From: a virus
Lineage: Duplodnaviria; Caudoviricetes
Virus record (IMG/VR): IMGVR_UViG_3300005937_000003
Span: 17,131-81,130 of that record
Reading direction: 5' to 3' (one strand)
DNA length: 64,000 nucleotides
The first letter of the stretch is position 1; the number at the start of each line of letters is the position of its first letter. This document shows, piece by piece, positions 35,265 to 44,061 of the stretch. A program made the position numbers and the translations under genes. The notes beneath the pieces were generated by a model. That model was not told the DNA's origin, searched no databases, and worked only from the letters and a program-made list of their open reading frames with translations.

Positions 35265-35843
35265 TTACTGGGTGTAGTTGAACCAGCCTGTGATGATCAG
35301 CTTCTGCTGGCTGGGTGAGACGATGCCCTGGTGCACGTGGGTGAAGTCGCTCGGCCAGATCAGCGTCCGCCCGCGCCTGGCCTGGACCAGCAGATCCTGA
35401 TGCACGAAGTAGGTGCCGCCGCCGTCCGTGACGTCGTTGAGATAGGTCATCCACACCAGCATGCGCGTGGTCACGCTGTACGTGTTGCGCTCGCAGTGCG
35501 GCTTCTTGAAGCCCCCGCCAGGCGCGTAGAACTGCAGGCGCGGTGACTCGGCCAGGCCGAACGGCCCGTGCTGCACCCCGTAGCGGTTCACGTAGTCGGC
35601 GGTGTGCCCGATGAGCAGGTCTAGGTAGCGATTGACGGCGTACTCCTCCCACATCGCACGCGGGATCTCGCTCAGCTTCAGGTCGTAGCTGTCCTTGACC
35701 TCGGTGTCCACGACGGGTTTGCCCAAGGCGCCGCCCACCTGGCCGCGTCGCACCAGCCCGCGCTGGTTGCAGGTAGCGAACAGGTCCACCAGGCGGTCAC
35801 ACGTCGCCAGTTCCGTCTCGTACTCGCGGATGAAGTCAGTCAC
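35265..35843 (-). CDS. 2OG-Fe(II) oxygenase
   Basis: HCE...YLNDVTDGGGTYF...HVHQG...KLIITGW. Confidence 0.85.
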   Translation of the reverse strand: MTDFIREYETELATCDRLVDLFATCNQRGLVRRGQVGGALGKPVVDTEVKDSYDLKLSEIPRAMWEEYAVNRYLDLLIGHTADYVNRYGVQHGPFGLAESPRLQFYAPGGGFKKPHCERNTYSVTTRMLVWMTYLNDVTDGGGTYFVHQDLLVQARRGRTLIWPSDFTHVHQGIVSPSQQKLIITGWFNYTQ

Positions 35844-36009
35844 GCCGCGCCGCGTCGAGCAGTTGTGTCAGCACCTCGTACAGGGCGCGGAACTCACGCT
35901 TGATCTCGGCCTGGCGGCGCGTCGTCGTCGCGGGGTCAGCTAGCTCGGCGTCGCGCTGCTCGACCCAGGCCCGCGTGGCCCAGATGGTCGCCTCCAGCAG
36001 CGTCGGCAT
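35836..36009 (-). CDS. Hypothetical protein
   Basis: TGATG overlap. Confidence 0.5.
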   Translation of the reverse strand: MPTLLEATIWATRAWVEQRDAELADPATTTRRQAEIKREFRALYEVLTQLLDAARRD

Positions 36010-36329
36010 CAGCCGAACTCGACCAGCGTCTCGTGCAGGCGAATCAGATGGCTCACCAGCGTCGCGTAGCCCTGGTCCTTGTGCTCGTCCAGGGCGCGGG
36101 CGGCGTCGCGGATCTTGCGCAGACGCTCGATCTCGGGCCAGGCGTCCTCGGTCAGCTTCTTCTGCCACTGGTCGCACTCGGCCTGCAGGTCCGCGATCTG
36201 GATGTCGCGACGGTCGATGGCGTCCGCCCGCCCGTCGGCCAGTTCGCGCAGCTTGTCGCGCTCGCCCTCGGTGTGCCGCAGCAGGCCTTCGAGTTCGTAC
36301 TTGGTCAGCTTGCTCAGCACGGGCCTCAC
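36009..36329 (-). CDS. Coiled-coil protein
   Basis: GTGA overlap; heptad-like composition. Confidence 0.55.
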   Translation of the reverse strand: MRPVLSKLTKYELEGLLRHTEGERDKLRELADGRADAIDRRDIQIADLQAECDQWQKKLTEDAWPEIERLRKIRDAARALDEHKDQGYATLVSHLIRLHETLVEFG

Positions 36330-36568
36330 CGCCGCGTCTCCTCCAGCACCGTGATGGCCTCGCGCCGCAGGTCGGACAGCGGGCCGTCGCGCAGGCCGCC
36401 GACGTCGCGGTCTAGCTGGTCCAGCAGTCGCAGCAGGACGCTGCGCACGCGCTCGTGGTCGGCCTGGCGCGGGTCGCCCATGCCCGCTGCGTCGATCTGG
36501 GCCTGCAGGTGCGCGGCGGCGCCTGCCACACGCTGCGCCCAGCCCGCGAACGTGTCGTCGCCGCTCAT
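36326..36568 (-). CDS. Hypothetical protein
   Basis: ATGA overlap. Confidence 0.55.
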   Translation of the reverse strand: MSGDDTFAGWAQRVAGAAAHLQAQIDAAGMGDPRQADHERVRSVLLRLLDQLDRDVGGLRDGPLSDLRREAITVLEETRR

Positions 36569-37014
36569 CCCACCCTGGCGTGGCCGTACACGAGCGAGCG
36601 GTAGACGGGCACGCGCCTGGCGTGGGCGTTCGGCCTGGTCGAGGCGATGGTGCGCTCGGTGCGCTTGATGATCTTGCGGCGCACGCCCTCCATCCACAGC
36701 CCGCCGATGACGTTCGGGTGCGCCTCGGCAGGCAGCGGCGGCAGCACCTCCCACAGGTCGTCGGTGGTGATCTCCTCGTGCTCGCGGGCAAGCTGGTACA
36801 GCAGCGTGAAGGCGACCGTGCGCCAGTTCTCGGGCGTGTTGTCCCAGGCCTGCTGGATGCCCTCGTCGCGGCGCTCGTGGCCATTCTTGGCGGGCAGCTT
36901 GACGTGTGGCGGCGGCTTGGTCACCTCGACCACCTGGCGGTCTTCTGGCCACAGGTCGGGGAACAGCGGCTCGGCCATCCAGCGCGCCGTCGTGCCAAGG
37001 GGTTGGTCGGCCAT
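36565..37014 (-). CDS. Conserved phage hypothetical protein
   Basis: GAGGAGG RBS; EITTDDLW...STRPNAHARRVPVYRS. Confidence 0.65.
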   Translation of the reverse strand: MADQPLGTTARWMAEPLFPDLWPEDRQVVEVTKPPPHVKLPAKNGHERRDEGIQQAWDNTPENWRTVAFTLLYQLAREHEEITTDDLWEVLPPLPAEAHPNVIGGLWMEGVRRKIIKRTERTIASTRPNAHARRVPVYRSLVYGHARVG

Positions 37015-37024
37015 CAGATCCTCC

Positions 37025-37774
37025 TCACCCCGCGACTCCCTGGCTGCGCTCATACTCGACGCCCTTGCGGAAGCAGTCTATGCACAGGACGCTGCTGAAG
37101 CGACGGGTGGAGATCGTGCGCAACTTGGCGATGGTCCACGTCTGGCCAGGCTTGCCGTCTTTCGGGGGGAAGCTGACGGCTGCCAGGGGCTGGCCGCACT
37201 CCATACACTTGGGAGGTCTGGCGGTCGGTTGGTCTGGCGCCTGTGCGGGAGGCGTCTGCGGGGCCGCTGTGCCGCCAGGCAGCGCGGCTGGCCTGGGAGC
37301 CGTCCCGTTGGCCTTGGACGCGCCTGCGCGCCCTGTGCGGCCGTTCTGGGTGGCCTGTGGCGGCACGCCCTCGTGCCAGGTGGCGTGGCTGACCATCAGG
37401 TACAGGCCGACGCCCAGCAGCGAGGCGCACTTCTTCATCGCGTCGGTGGCCGCACCCTTGTGGTCGTCGGCCAGGTTGGTCGGCGGCCCGCCGTTCTTGG
37501 GGCGCTTGATCTTCTGGCCGCCGAACTGTTGACGGGTGATCCACTGGCCGCCGACCCAGGCGCGAAGCTCGCCCAGCGCGACCACCTCGTCCGCCTCGGC
37601 GTCCACGTGGAACTGGACCACGCTGTACATCCACTGCCCGACGCCCAGCACGTGGTTCAGGCGCTTGGCGACCTGCTCGCCCGAGAGGAACGGGCCGAAC
37701 ACCCCGTCAGCGGTGTAGTAGCCCTCGAATGGGGCGGCCAGGTCGTCGTACAGCGCCTTCTCATCCGCGTCCAC
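37025..37774 (-). CDS. Rad52/Rad22-family single-strand annealing protein (Sak-like)
   Basis: VAKRLNHVLGVGQW...KGAATDAMKKCASLLGVGLYL; C-terminal Zn finger CMEC/CIDC. Confidence 0.85.
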   Translation of the reverse strand: MDADEKALYDDLAAPFEGYYTADGVFGPFLSGEQVAKRLNHVLGVGQWMYSVVQFHVDAEADEVVALGELRAWVGGQWITRQQFGGQKIKRPKNGGPPTNLADDHKGAATDAMKKCASLLGVGLYLMVSHATWHEGVPPQATQNGRTGRAGASKANGTAPRPAALPGGTAAPQTPPAQAPDQPTARPPKCMECGQPLAAVSFPPKDGKPGQTWTIAKLRTISTRRFSSVLCIDCFRKGVEYERSQGVAG

Positions 37775-38006
37775 GCGCCACCTCCTGCTCGCTGGCGACG
37801 GTGGCCAGCATCTCGGCCACGACCTTCTGCACGATCAGGCTGTCCAGCGCCTGGTCCTGCGGGTCCAAGATGGCCCACTTCGAGCGGTGGCGGTCCACGT
37901 CGCGGTGCTGCTCCTGCATCGCGGTGAACCAGGCGTGCCACAGCGCCCGCGCCGCATCCTCGGTGCGCGACCAGGCAATCAGCGCGTCCATCTCAAGCGT
38001 CGGCAT
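37761..38006 (-). CDS. Hypothetical protein
   Basis: Track ORF; GGAGG RBS. Confidence 0.55.
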   Translation of the reverse strand: MPTLEMDALIAWSRTEDAARALWHAWFTAMQEQHRDVDRHRSKWAILDPQDQALDSLIVQKVVAEMLATVASEQEVARGRG

Positions 38007-38565
38007 CGCTGACCTCCACGCCCTCGACGCCGCTGTCGGCCACCTGGCGCAGCTTCTCGATCATGACGTCCATCTCGTCGGCGGTCGGCTTCTCACCGTT
38101 GCCGCCCGTGGCGGGCACGCTCTTGCGACGGCGGCCTGGCCCCGCCTGGATGTCCCTGTACTCGGGCGTGGGCTGCTCGTCCCAGCCAGGGTGCTTGGCG
38201 TCCATCTCGTTCAGGTCGCCCAGGTCCATCGGCTCAGGCCCAGGCTCGGTGGGCACCTCCTCGCGGGCGACGATGCCACGGTCCAGTGCCACCTGGCCGA
38301 TGCTGGCCAGCCACTTCAGGCGCTCGTACTCGGCCTCGGGCACGCCCACCAGGCCCGTCTGCCGCTCGAACTCAGCGCGTGCGCGCTCGCCCGCGACGCT
38401 CAGGTCGTCGTCGTACGCGTGCACCTCGACCTGACGCACCCCGCTCGCCAGGTTGGTGATCTTGACGCCAGGCTGCTCGCGGCGCGCACGAGCGGCCAGC
38501 GTCCTCTCGACCGTGCGCATCAGGCGCTCGGCCTTCCCCGTCAGGGGCTGCTTCTCGTCAGTCAT
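37993..38565 (-). CDS. Hypothetical protein
   Basis: Track ORF, 190 aa. Confidence 0.6.
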   Translation of the reverse strand: MTDEKQPLTGKAERLMRTVERTLAARARREQPGVKITNLASGVRQVEVHAYDDDLSVAGERARAEFERQTGLVGVPEAEYERLKWLASIGQVALDRGIVAREEVPTEPGPEPMDLGDLNEMDAKHPGWDEQPTPEYRDIQAGPGRRRKSVPATGGNGEKPTADEMDVMIEKLRQVADSGVEGVEVSDADA

Positions 38566-38644
38566 CTCGCTGTTATGCTCCTACGGCTGCACTGGGTGGG
38601 AACGTGCCGCGCTTGGTGCCCCCGCCCAGTGTGGTCTTGCCACT

Positions 38645-38971
38645 TCAGGCCGTGGCGGCCGCCAGTTCGCGATGGCGCAGGCGCTCCTCCGCAAGCGTGC
38701 GGTCGCGGCTGCCGACGCTCTTGTGGCGTGGTTCGATGGTGCCCGCAGGCACCCCCAATAGCCGCTCGCACCTGGCCCACAGGCCAGGCTGGGGCGGACG
38801 GTACAGCGGATTGGTCGGGTTCAGCCGCATGCGGTACAGGTAGTTGCGACTGATGCCCAGTTGCTCGGGCAGCCACTCGGTCTGCCTGCCCTGCTGCATC
38901 AAAATCTCCTCCAGTCGGCGCCCTTGAGGCGACCAATCGGCTGGCGGCGGGGAAACTCGTGATCGTGGCAT
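38645..38971 (-). CDS. HTH (Cro/XRE-like) transcriptional regulator, leaderless
   Basis: RLEEILMQQGRQTEWLPEQLGISRNYLYRM; TACTAT 7 nt before the ATG. Confidence 0.7.
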   Translation of the reverse strand: MPRSRVSPPPADWSPQGRRLEEILMQQGRQTEWLPEQLGISRNYLYRMRLNPTNPLYRPPQPGLWARCERLLGVPAGTIEPRHKSVGSRDRTLAEERLRHRELAAATA

Positions 38972-38980
38972 ACGCCGAAT

Positions 38981-39000
38981 AGTAACCGATCAGGGTGACA
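38981..39000. promoter_or_regulatory. Dyad operator overlapping the promoter of the HTH gene
   Basis: AGTAACC-GATCAG-GGTGACA. Confidence 0.65.
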
Positions 39001-39019
39001 ATTCCTACTTTTGTACACG

Positions 39020-39048
39020 AAAAAGCCCCGACCCGTAGGGATCGGGGC
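39020..39048 (-). terminator. Intrinsic terminator
   Basis: GCCCCGATCC-CTAC-GGGTCGGGGC followed by TTTTT. Confidence 0.8.
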
Positions 39049-39073
39049 GCGCTTTTCGTTAGTTTTCTGCGGG

Positions 39074-39319
39074 TTACGGCTGCATGAGCGCCTTGCGCAG
39101 CGCCTTGCGGATGGCCTGGCTCGCGCCCGCCATGTCGTCCAGCGCCTGCAGGTAGCCGTCCTCGTAGCCCGCCGCGTAGTCCAGGCGCGACGTCTTGTTG
39201 TCGCCGCGCTTGGTGTTGGAGGCGACGTAGGCAGCCTCGATCTTGGCGGGCAGATGCGCTGCCCTGCGCGTGCGGACCTGGCCGTTACTCGTCGGCGTCG
39301 GTGCCGTTGCCGTTGTCAT
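39074..39319 (-). CDS. Hypothetical protein
   Basis: GAGGAGGG RBS. Confidence 0.6.
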   Translation of the reverse strand: MTTATAPTPTSNGQVRTRRAAHLPAKIEAAYVASNTKRGDNKTSRLDYAAGYEDGYLQALDDMAGASQAIRKALRKALMQP

Positions 39320-40259
39320 TGGTTCCCTCCTCATCGAGCCAGCCTGTGACGTCGGTCCAGCGGTTGGCCACCTCGGCCAGGCGGCGCCTGTGCTCCTTCT
39401 CCTCCTCGGTCGCCTCGTTCCACACAGCGTCGTCGCGCAGCGCCTCGACCTCGCCCGTGATCAGCGTGACGAGCACGGTCGGGTCGAGCGCGTCCAGTTC
39501 CCACGAGTCGGTCTGCCCCGTCGCCGCGACGTACTCCCCGTAGCGCGAGTCGGTCTGCTTGGCGGGGTTGGGCGGCGGCGCGTACTGGGCGATCTGCGGC
39601 GGGTTGAGCGCGATGCGCTTGAAGTGCAGCTTCGAGTAGTCCTTGCCCACGTGGCGGCGTACGTACTGCTGCAGGCGGCCGCCGTTGTCGTCGGTCATGT
39701 TCAGGCCCGACGGGTCGTGGTCGCCCAGGTGCAGGACGGTCACCTCCTTGCCGTCCTTGATGTAGCGCACCAGGCGCTGGCTGGCCTGCCAGATCTCGCT
39801 GCTGGAGACGTAGCCGCGACATGCGAAGTGCGGGATATCCACCGCGTCGGCGGCCTGCTGGACGATGCCCGACAGGGCCTCCTTCTCGACCCACACCTCG
39901 ACCACGTGGTCGGCCTCGGCCCACTTGTCCAGGCGGAACTGCTTGGCCACGGCGTCGAGGATCTCCTCGGGATCGGCCCAGTGCGGCAGCGCCTGCAGGT
40001 TGCGCGTGCGGTCCACGAGGTAGTCCCAGTCCATGTAGCCGTTCTCGCGGGCCTTGACGCACACGCGGCCCAGCAGGTCGTAGTTCTCCTGCTTGTTGGC
40101 CAGCAGGCCGCGAGCGACGAACTGGTAGTACAACTGGCGCAGCGTCAGGTCGTAGCCCTGCGCCAGGTACTGGGCGCAGATGGCGTTGGCCTCGTTGATG
40201 ATGGCCTCGTACTTGGCGTTGGGCACCCAGCCCGACTGCTCGTAGTCGATCAGCGGCAT
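39285..40259 (-). CDS. Toprim nuclease of TopoVI-A/Spo11/JetD type
   Basis: LTLRQLYY winged helix; VEVWVEKEAL; LHLGDHDPSG; WELDAL. Confidence 0.75.
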   Translation of the reverse strand: MPLIDYEQSGWVPNAKYEAIINEANAICAQYLAQGYDLTLRQLYYQFVARGLLANKQENYDLLGRVCVKARENGYMDWDYLVDRTRNLQALPHWADPEEILDAVAKQFRLDKWAEADHVVEVWVEKEALSGIVQQAADAVDIPHFACRGYVSSSEIWQASQRLVRYIKDGKEVTVLHLGDHDPSGLNMTDDNGGRLQQYVRRHVGKDYSKLHFKRIALNPPQIAQYAPPPNPAKQTDSRYGEYVAATGQTDSWELDALDPTVLVTLITGEVEALRDDAVWNEATEEEKEHRRRLAEVANRWTDVTGWLDEEGTNDNGNGTDADE

Positions 40260-40582
40260 CAGCGCTCTCCCCGCAGCCAGGCCTCGGCCTCGTCGGCCAC
40301 GACCGTCTTGGTGTTGATGGCGGCGCGTAGTTCGACGTACTTGGCGGCCCGCTCGGCCTCGTCGGGGATGCTCGCGATGCCCTGCAGCACCCTGGCGGGC
40401 GCGCTGGTGATGCCCAGTTCCCAGGCCACCTGGCTGCGCTTGTAGCCGTCGATCAGGTTGCCTTCCTCGTCCACGAGGATGGCGCCGAGACTGTCGTCCC
40501 AGCCGTTGGTGCGCATGTGGCGCGTCAGGTCGTCGTGCTGCTCACGCGACATAGTCGGATACGGTTCGGGTGACCACTTCAC
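40259..40582 (-). CDS. Short ParB/Srx-like domain protein
   Basis: GAILVDEEGNLIDGYKRSQVAWELG; GTG after GGAGGG. Confidence 0.7.
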   Translation of the reverse strand: MKWSPEPYPTMSREQHDDLTRHMRTNGWDDSLGAILVDEEGNLIDGYKRSQVAWELGITSAPARVLQGIASIPDEAERAAKYVELRAAINTKTVVADEAEAWLRGER

Positions 40583-40640
40583 GCGGTTCTTCCCCTCCTT
40601 TTGGGCTTGCCCAACGCATCTCGGTGGGCATGCCCCAGAT

Positions 40641-40660
40641 AGTACACGATCTGGGTGACA
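40641..40660. promoter_or_regulatory. Dyad operator overlapping a TACTAT -10 box
   Basis: AGTACAC-GATCTG-GGTGACA. Confidence 0.55.
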
Positions 40661-40708
40661 TTGCAACACCCAATTCGGGCAGGCCCGCGTCGCGGTCCGC
40701 AGCCGCAG

Positions 40709-41638
40709 CTACTTGAGCTTGGGGAAGGCCTCCTCGCGGCCGTCGCGCCACCTGATGGTCTTGACGCGCTCGCCCGCCCGCCAGAAGTTCCAGGCCTTGA
40801 TGATCCAGGCCGCCACGCGCTCCTGCTGGGCGACGGTCATGCTGCGCGAGGCAAGCAGCAGCAGTTGGTTGCGCAAGATCAGCAGCGGGCTGTCGGCGGG
40901 CAGGTTCGAGCCACGCGACACACCACGCTGGAACTCCTCGGCACTGTCGTAGCTCAGGCGCGACATGCGCAGCAGGATGGCCGCCCACAGGGCGCCCCCG
41001 CCCGCCACGCTCTGGCGACTCATGTAGGTGGCCCACTCCAGCGGCGCACTCAGATCGGTGTACGTCGTGCGCATGGCGTGCTCGATCTCCAGCGGGCCGT
41101 ACTGGCGCTTCCTGATGGGCATCGACCAGGGGTCATCGGACTGCTCCCAGTTCAGCAGCAGGCGCATCGCGTGCGGCCGCAGCTTGGGATAGTCCCAGCC
41201 CTTGATGGCCATCACGTCGGAGCGCGAGCGGCTGCGGCCCGTGTCGATAGCGCCCACGGCCTCGTTGGGCAGGCCAAAGGCGAAGTACAGGTCGGTCGCC
41301 TTGTCGCGAATGACCACGCCCGTCAGGCGGTGCTGGCCATTCAGCAGCCAGCCCTCCTCCGAGAATTGGAGCGGGTCACGCGTGTCCCACCATTGCCCCA
41401 GGTCCATGCGCCTGGCGAGTTCCTGCGCCCAGGTCTTACTCAGCGGACGGTTCTCACGCGTCCGCGTGAGCCAGGCGGCGGCCATCTCGGGCGTGACCGT
41501 GATACGCACGACTCCCTCGGTCGGGTAGCCGTCGATGGGGAACTGGCCCCACGTGTCCTCAGCGGGCACACTGGCGCGAATGCGCCCAGCGGCCGATGGT
41601 TGCACCTGGCCCTGGCCAGGCATAGGTTGGGATTGCAT
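40709..41638 (-). CDS. ParB-like (DGQHR-type) protein
   Basis: NRPLS...LQFSEEGWLLNGQHRL...IDTGRSRS. Confidence 0.75.
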   Translation of the reverse strand: MQSQPMPGQGQVQPSAAGRIRASVPAEDTWGQFPIDGYPTEGVVRITVTPEMAAAWLTRTRENRPLSKTWAQELARRMDLGQWWDTRDPLQFSEEGWLLNGQHRLTGVVIRDKATDLYFAFGLPNEAVGAIDTGRSRSRSDVMAIKGWDYPKLRPHAMRLLLNWEQSDDPWSMPIRKRQYGPLEIEHAMRTTYTDLSAPLEWATYMSRQSVAGGGALWAAILLRMSRLSYDSAEEFQRGVSRGSNLPADSPLLILRNQLLLLASRSMTVAQQERVAAWIIKAWNFWRAGERVKTIRWRDGREEAFPKLK

Positions 41639-41701
41639 CAGAGGAAAAAGCCTCCTCGATGGCGGGATGTGGCCGCCTGGTACGCGGCCTGCCCGCAAGC
41701 G

Positions 41702-41726
41702 TACACCCCGGTCGCCCCGGGGTGTA
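41702..41726. other. 10-bp hairpin downstream of the DUF932 gene
   Basis: TACACCCCGG-TCGCC-CCGGGGTGTA; no U tract. Confidence 0.5.
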
Positions 41727-41742
41727 GCTTCCCACCCAACGA

Positions 41743-42876
41743 TTAGTTGCGTTGCTCGGTCAGCAGTGCGGTGATGTCGTGCTTAGGCATGGCCAGCAGG
41801 TTGCCGCCGATCTGCTGCATCTCGACGCTGCGGTCGTAGCTCTCGACGTCCTGCGCGGCCCGTGTGATCGAGTTGACCAGGCCCCACAGGTTCAGTTCGG
41901 CGCTCTCGATGAAGTGGCCCTGCGCCGCCTTGCCCTCCTCGTTGGTCAGGCGGAAGCGCTCGGTCACGTTCTTGATGACGTTCTCGACCTGGGTGCCCTT
42001 GATCGGCACCTCGGCCGCGTCTTGCGCCCGCTGGGCGATCTTGTCGAGGAACTCGTCGGACATGGCGTGCACCATCAGGTCGCGCATCTCCATGATGGTC
42101 AGTTCGTTGCGCGCCTTCTGGGTGTCGGTCTGCCACACGATGCCCGCGTCGCCGTTGTTGCGCCCGCCCACGTGAAACCGTCGCTGGGCGTACTCGGTGA
42201 TGACCAGGCCGTTCGAGCACACCTGGCGGAAGACCAGCGGCTGGACGCTGAAGCTGCCCAGGCCGACCTCGCTGTTGGTGATGACCACACCGCGCTGGAG
42301 GATGTCGTCCACCTTGGCGTGGGTGCCCGCCTTGATGACCTTGGGCTTCGAGGTGTCCACCAGTTGCAAGTACATGCGCTGGTCGGTCACCTGCAGGCTC
42401 GACTGGTCCCAGTTGACGGCGGGCAGCTTCTGGATGACGGGCAGCAAGCGCACGAGGATCTCAAGGTTATCCATCTGGCGGTAGCGGTCGCTCAGGAAGC
42501 CCCGCGTCTCACCGAACAGCGTGCGCACCAGGCGCGTGTCGTCGGCGCACGAGCGCAGCAGGCCGTTGACCAGCGTGTCGTACAGCGCCAGGCTGGGGTC
42601 GTTGGGGTCGCGGATGGTGTCGGTGTTGCGCAGCACGTGGTCGTAGAAGGCCTTGGGGATGCCCAGGTAGCTGGCGATCTGGCCGTGCGCGATGGGGTTG
42701 ATGGGCAGCGGCTGAAGCTCGTCGCCTCGGCTGTCCTCCACCTCGCGCAGCACCAGGCTGGTGTGCCCGTTGGTCTGCACGTCAAGCAACTTGACAGGCG
42801 CCAGGTAGTCGGCCTTGGCGTTGTCACGCTTCTGGACTTCGGTCGCGAAGTCGGTCAATGTGAGTCCCTGTTTCAC
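41743..42876 (-). CDS. DUF932 domain protein
   Basis: RGFLSDRY...NSEVGLGSFSVQPLVFRQVCSNGLV...WGLVNSITR. Confidence 0.8.
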   Translation of the reverse strand: MKQGLTLTDFATEVQKRDNAKADYLAPVKLLDVQTNGHTSLVLREVEDSRGDELQPLPINPIAHGQIASYLGIPKAFYDHVLRNTDTIRDPNDPSLALYDTLVNGLLRSCADDTRLVRTLFGETRGFLSDRYRQMDNLEILVRLLPVIQKLPAVNWDQSSLQVTDQRMYLQLVDTSKPKVIKAGTHAKVDDILQRGVVITNSEVGLGSFSVQPLVFRQVCSNGLVITEYAQRRFHVGGRNNGDAGIVWQTDTQKARNELTIMEMRDLMVHAMSDEFLDKIAQRAQDAAEVPIKGTQVENVIKNVTERFRLTNEEGKAAQGHFIESAELNLWGLVNSITRAAQDVESYDRSVEMQQIGGNLLAMPKHDITALLTEQRN

Positions 42877-42901
42877 AGGTGGTTCCTTCCTGTGCGGCCC
42901 C

Positions 42902-43654
42902 TTAGCCGCAGACTAGCGCCCCGTCGGGGGCGACGCGATGAGTATAGCTTGGCGCACGTCCTGACGTCAACCGATTCGGAGACACGTCTTCCAGCAGCGC
43001 GACGGGGCGAGGGACCAAGATGGCCCTCGCTCGCTCTGCATCAGCCTCGGTCAGGCCCGCCGTCGCATCGGTCTGCACCAGATACGGCAGCAGGCTGCCC
43101 ATGCGGTCGTGGTCATCGAGGATGACGAACGTCTCGACGCGCTCGCCCAGGTAGTCGAGCACCGCCTGGATCTCGATGCCGCGCTCGCGGGCGTCCCATT
43201 CGGGCGTCTCGCCCAGCCACGGCGTGCGGCCGATCAGGCGGCCGTGGAAGCCCGCGCTGGCCAGGTCGGATCTCAGCGCCTCGACGCCGATCCAGCGCCA
43301 CCAGCTTGACACCACGAGCACGGCGCCCGTGTCGCGGGCAAGCCTGTCCAGGCGCTCGACCAGCGGTCGCAGCAGGTTGTAGGCGCCAGCGCGGTGCTGG
43401 TTGAGCACGCCGTCGAAGTCGCAGAAGATGACGCGCAGGCCGTGGCCCTCGGCGCCGTCCAGGCGCACCTGGCGGTCGCACGTGCGGGTCGGGATGGTGC
43501 GCACGAAGGCCTGCTGCTGGGCCTGCTTGCGGGCGCGCTTCGCGGTCTTCTTGAGACGGCGGCGCTCCTTCTTGCTGAGTGCCTGCGGCGCCACGTCGGC
43601 CCAGTCGCTGAAGCTCGGCTGCCAGGTGACACCCAGGTCGTGGTCGTACTTCAC
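42902..43654 (-). CDS. HAD phosphatase (HAD_SAK_2, RNA-repair-like)
   Basis: IFCDFDGVLN, VVSSWWR, RGIEI, FVILDD, GLT. Confidence 0.85.
   Translation of the reverse strand: MKYDHDLGVTWQPSFSDWADVAPQALSKKERRRLKKTAKRARKQAQQQAFVRTIPTRTCDRQVRLDGAEGHGLRVIFCDFDGVLNQHRAGAYNLLRPLVERLDRLARDTGAVLVVSSWWRWIGVEALRSDLASAGFHGRLIGRTPWLGETPEWDARERGIEIQAVLDYLGERVETFVILDDHDRMGSLLPYLVQTDATAGLTEADAERARAILVPRPVALLEDVSPNRLTSGRAPSYTHRVAPDGALVCG
42941..42984 (-). promoter_or_regulatory. Promoter C with dyad operator
   Basis: TTGACG-N18-TATACT; dyad 42965-42984; lies inside the 3' end of the HAD gene. Confidence 0.65.
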
Positions 43655-43887
43655 ACCTGGCCTCGCAGCGCGATCTGGCGGTCGGCGTTGAGCTTGGCGT
43701 TGGCAAGCGTGCTGGCGCCGACGCCCGTGTTGATGCCGTCGGGTGTGTAGAGCACCCAGGCGTCGTAAGCCTTGACGCTCACGTGTCGGAAGGGCTTGCT
43801 CTGGCCGCTGCCTTTCGAGTGTTGGCGGCGGATGGTCCAGCCATCGCGGACGTAGGTGCCGCTGGCGGTTCGGGTCCACAGATTCAT
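43651..43887 (-). CDS. Hypothetical early protein
   Basis: ATG 9 nt after the -10 of promoter D. Confidence 0.65.
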   Translation of the reverse strand: MNLWTRTASGTYVRDGWTIRRQHSKGSGQSKPFRHVSVKAYDAWVLYTPDGINTGVGASTLANAKLNADRQIALRGQV

Positions 43888-43896
43888 GGTGCGTTG

Positions 43897-43939
43897 AATA
43901 TACGCGCCAAGCTCAGCGGTGTCAACAATTTCGGTGACA
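43897..43939 (-). promoter_or_regulatory. Promoter D with dyad operator
   Basis: TTGACA-N17-TATATT; dyad 43920-43939. Confidence 0.82.
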
Positions 43940-44061
43940 CGACGGGGCGACTGTCACGAGATTGTTATGGGCAAAGAGAAACGCCTGGCTGAGGCCCCTG
44001 ATGAACCTCTGGCAGCCAGGCGCTCTCGTGCCTTATGGAGGGCACGCCCACAATACGCGGG

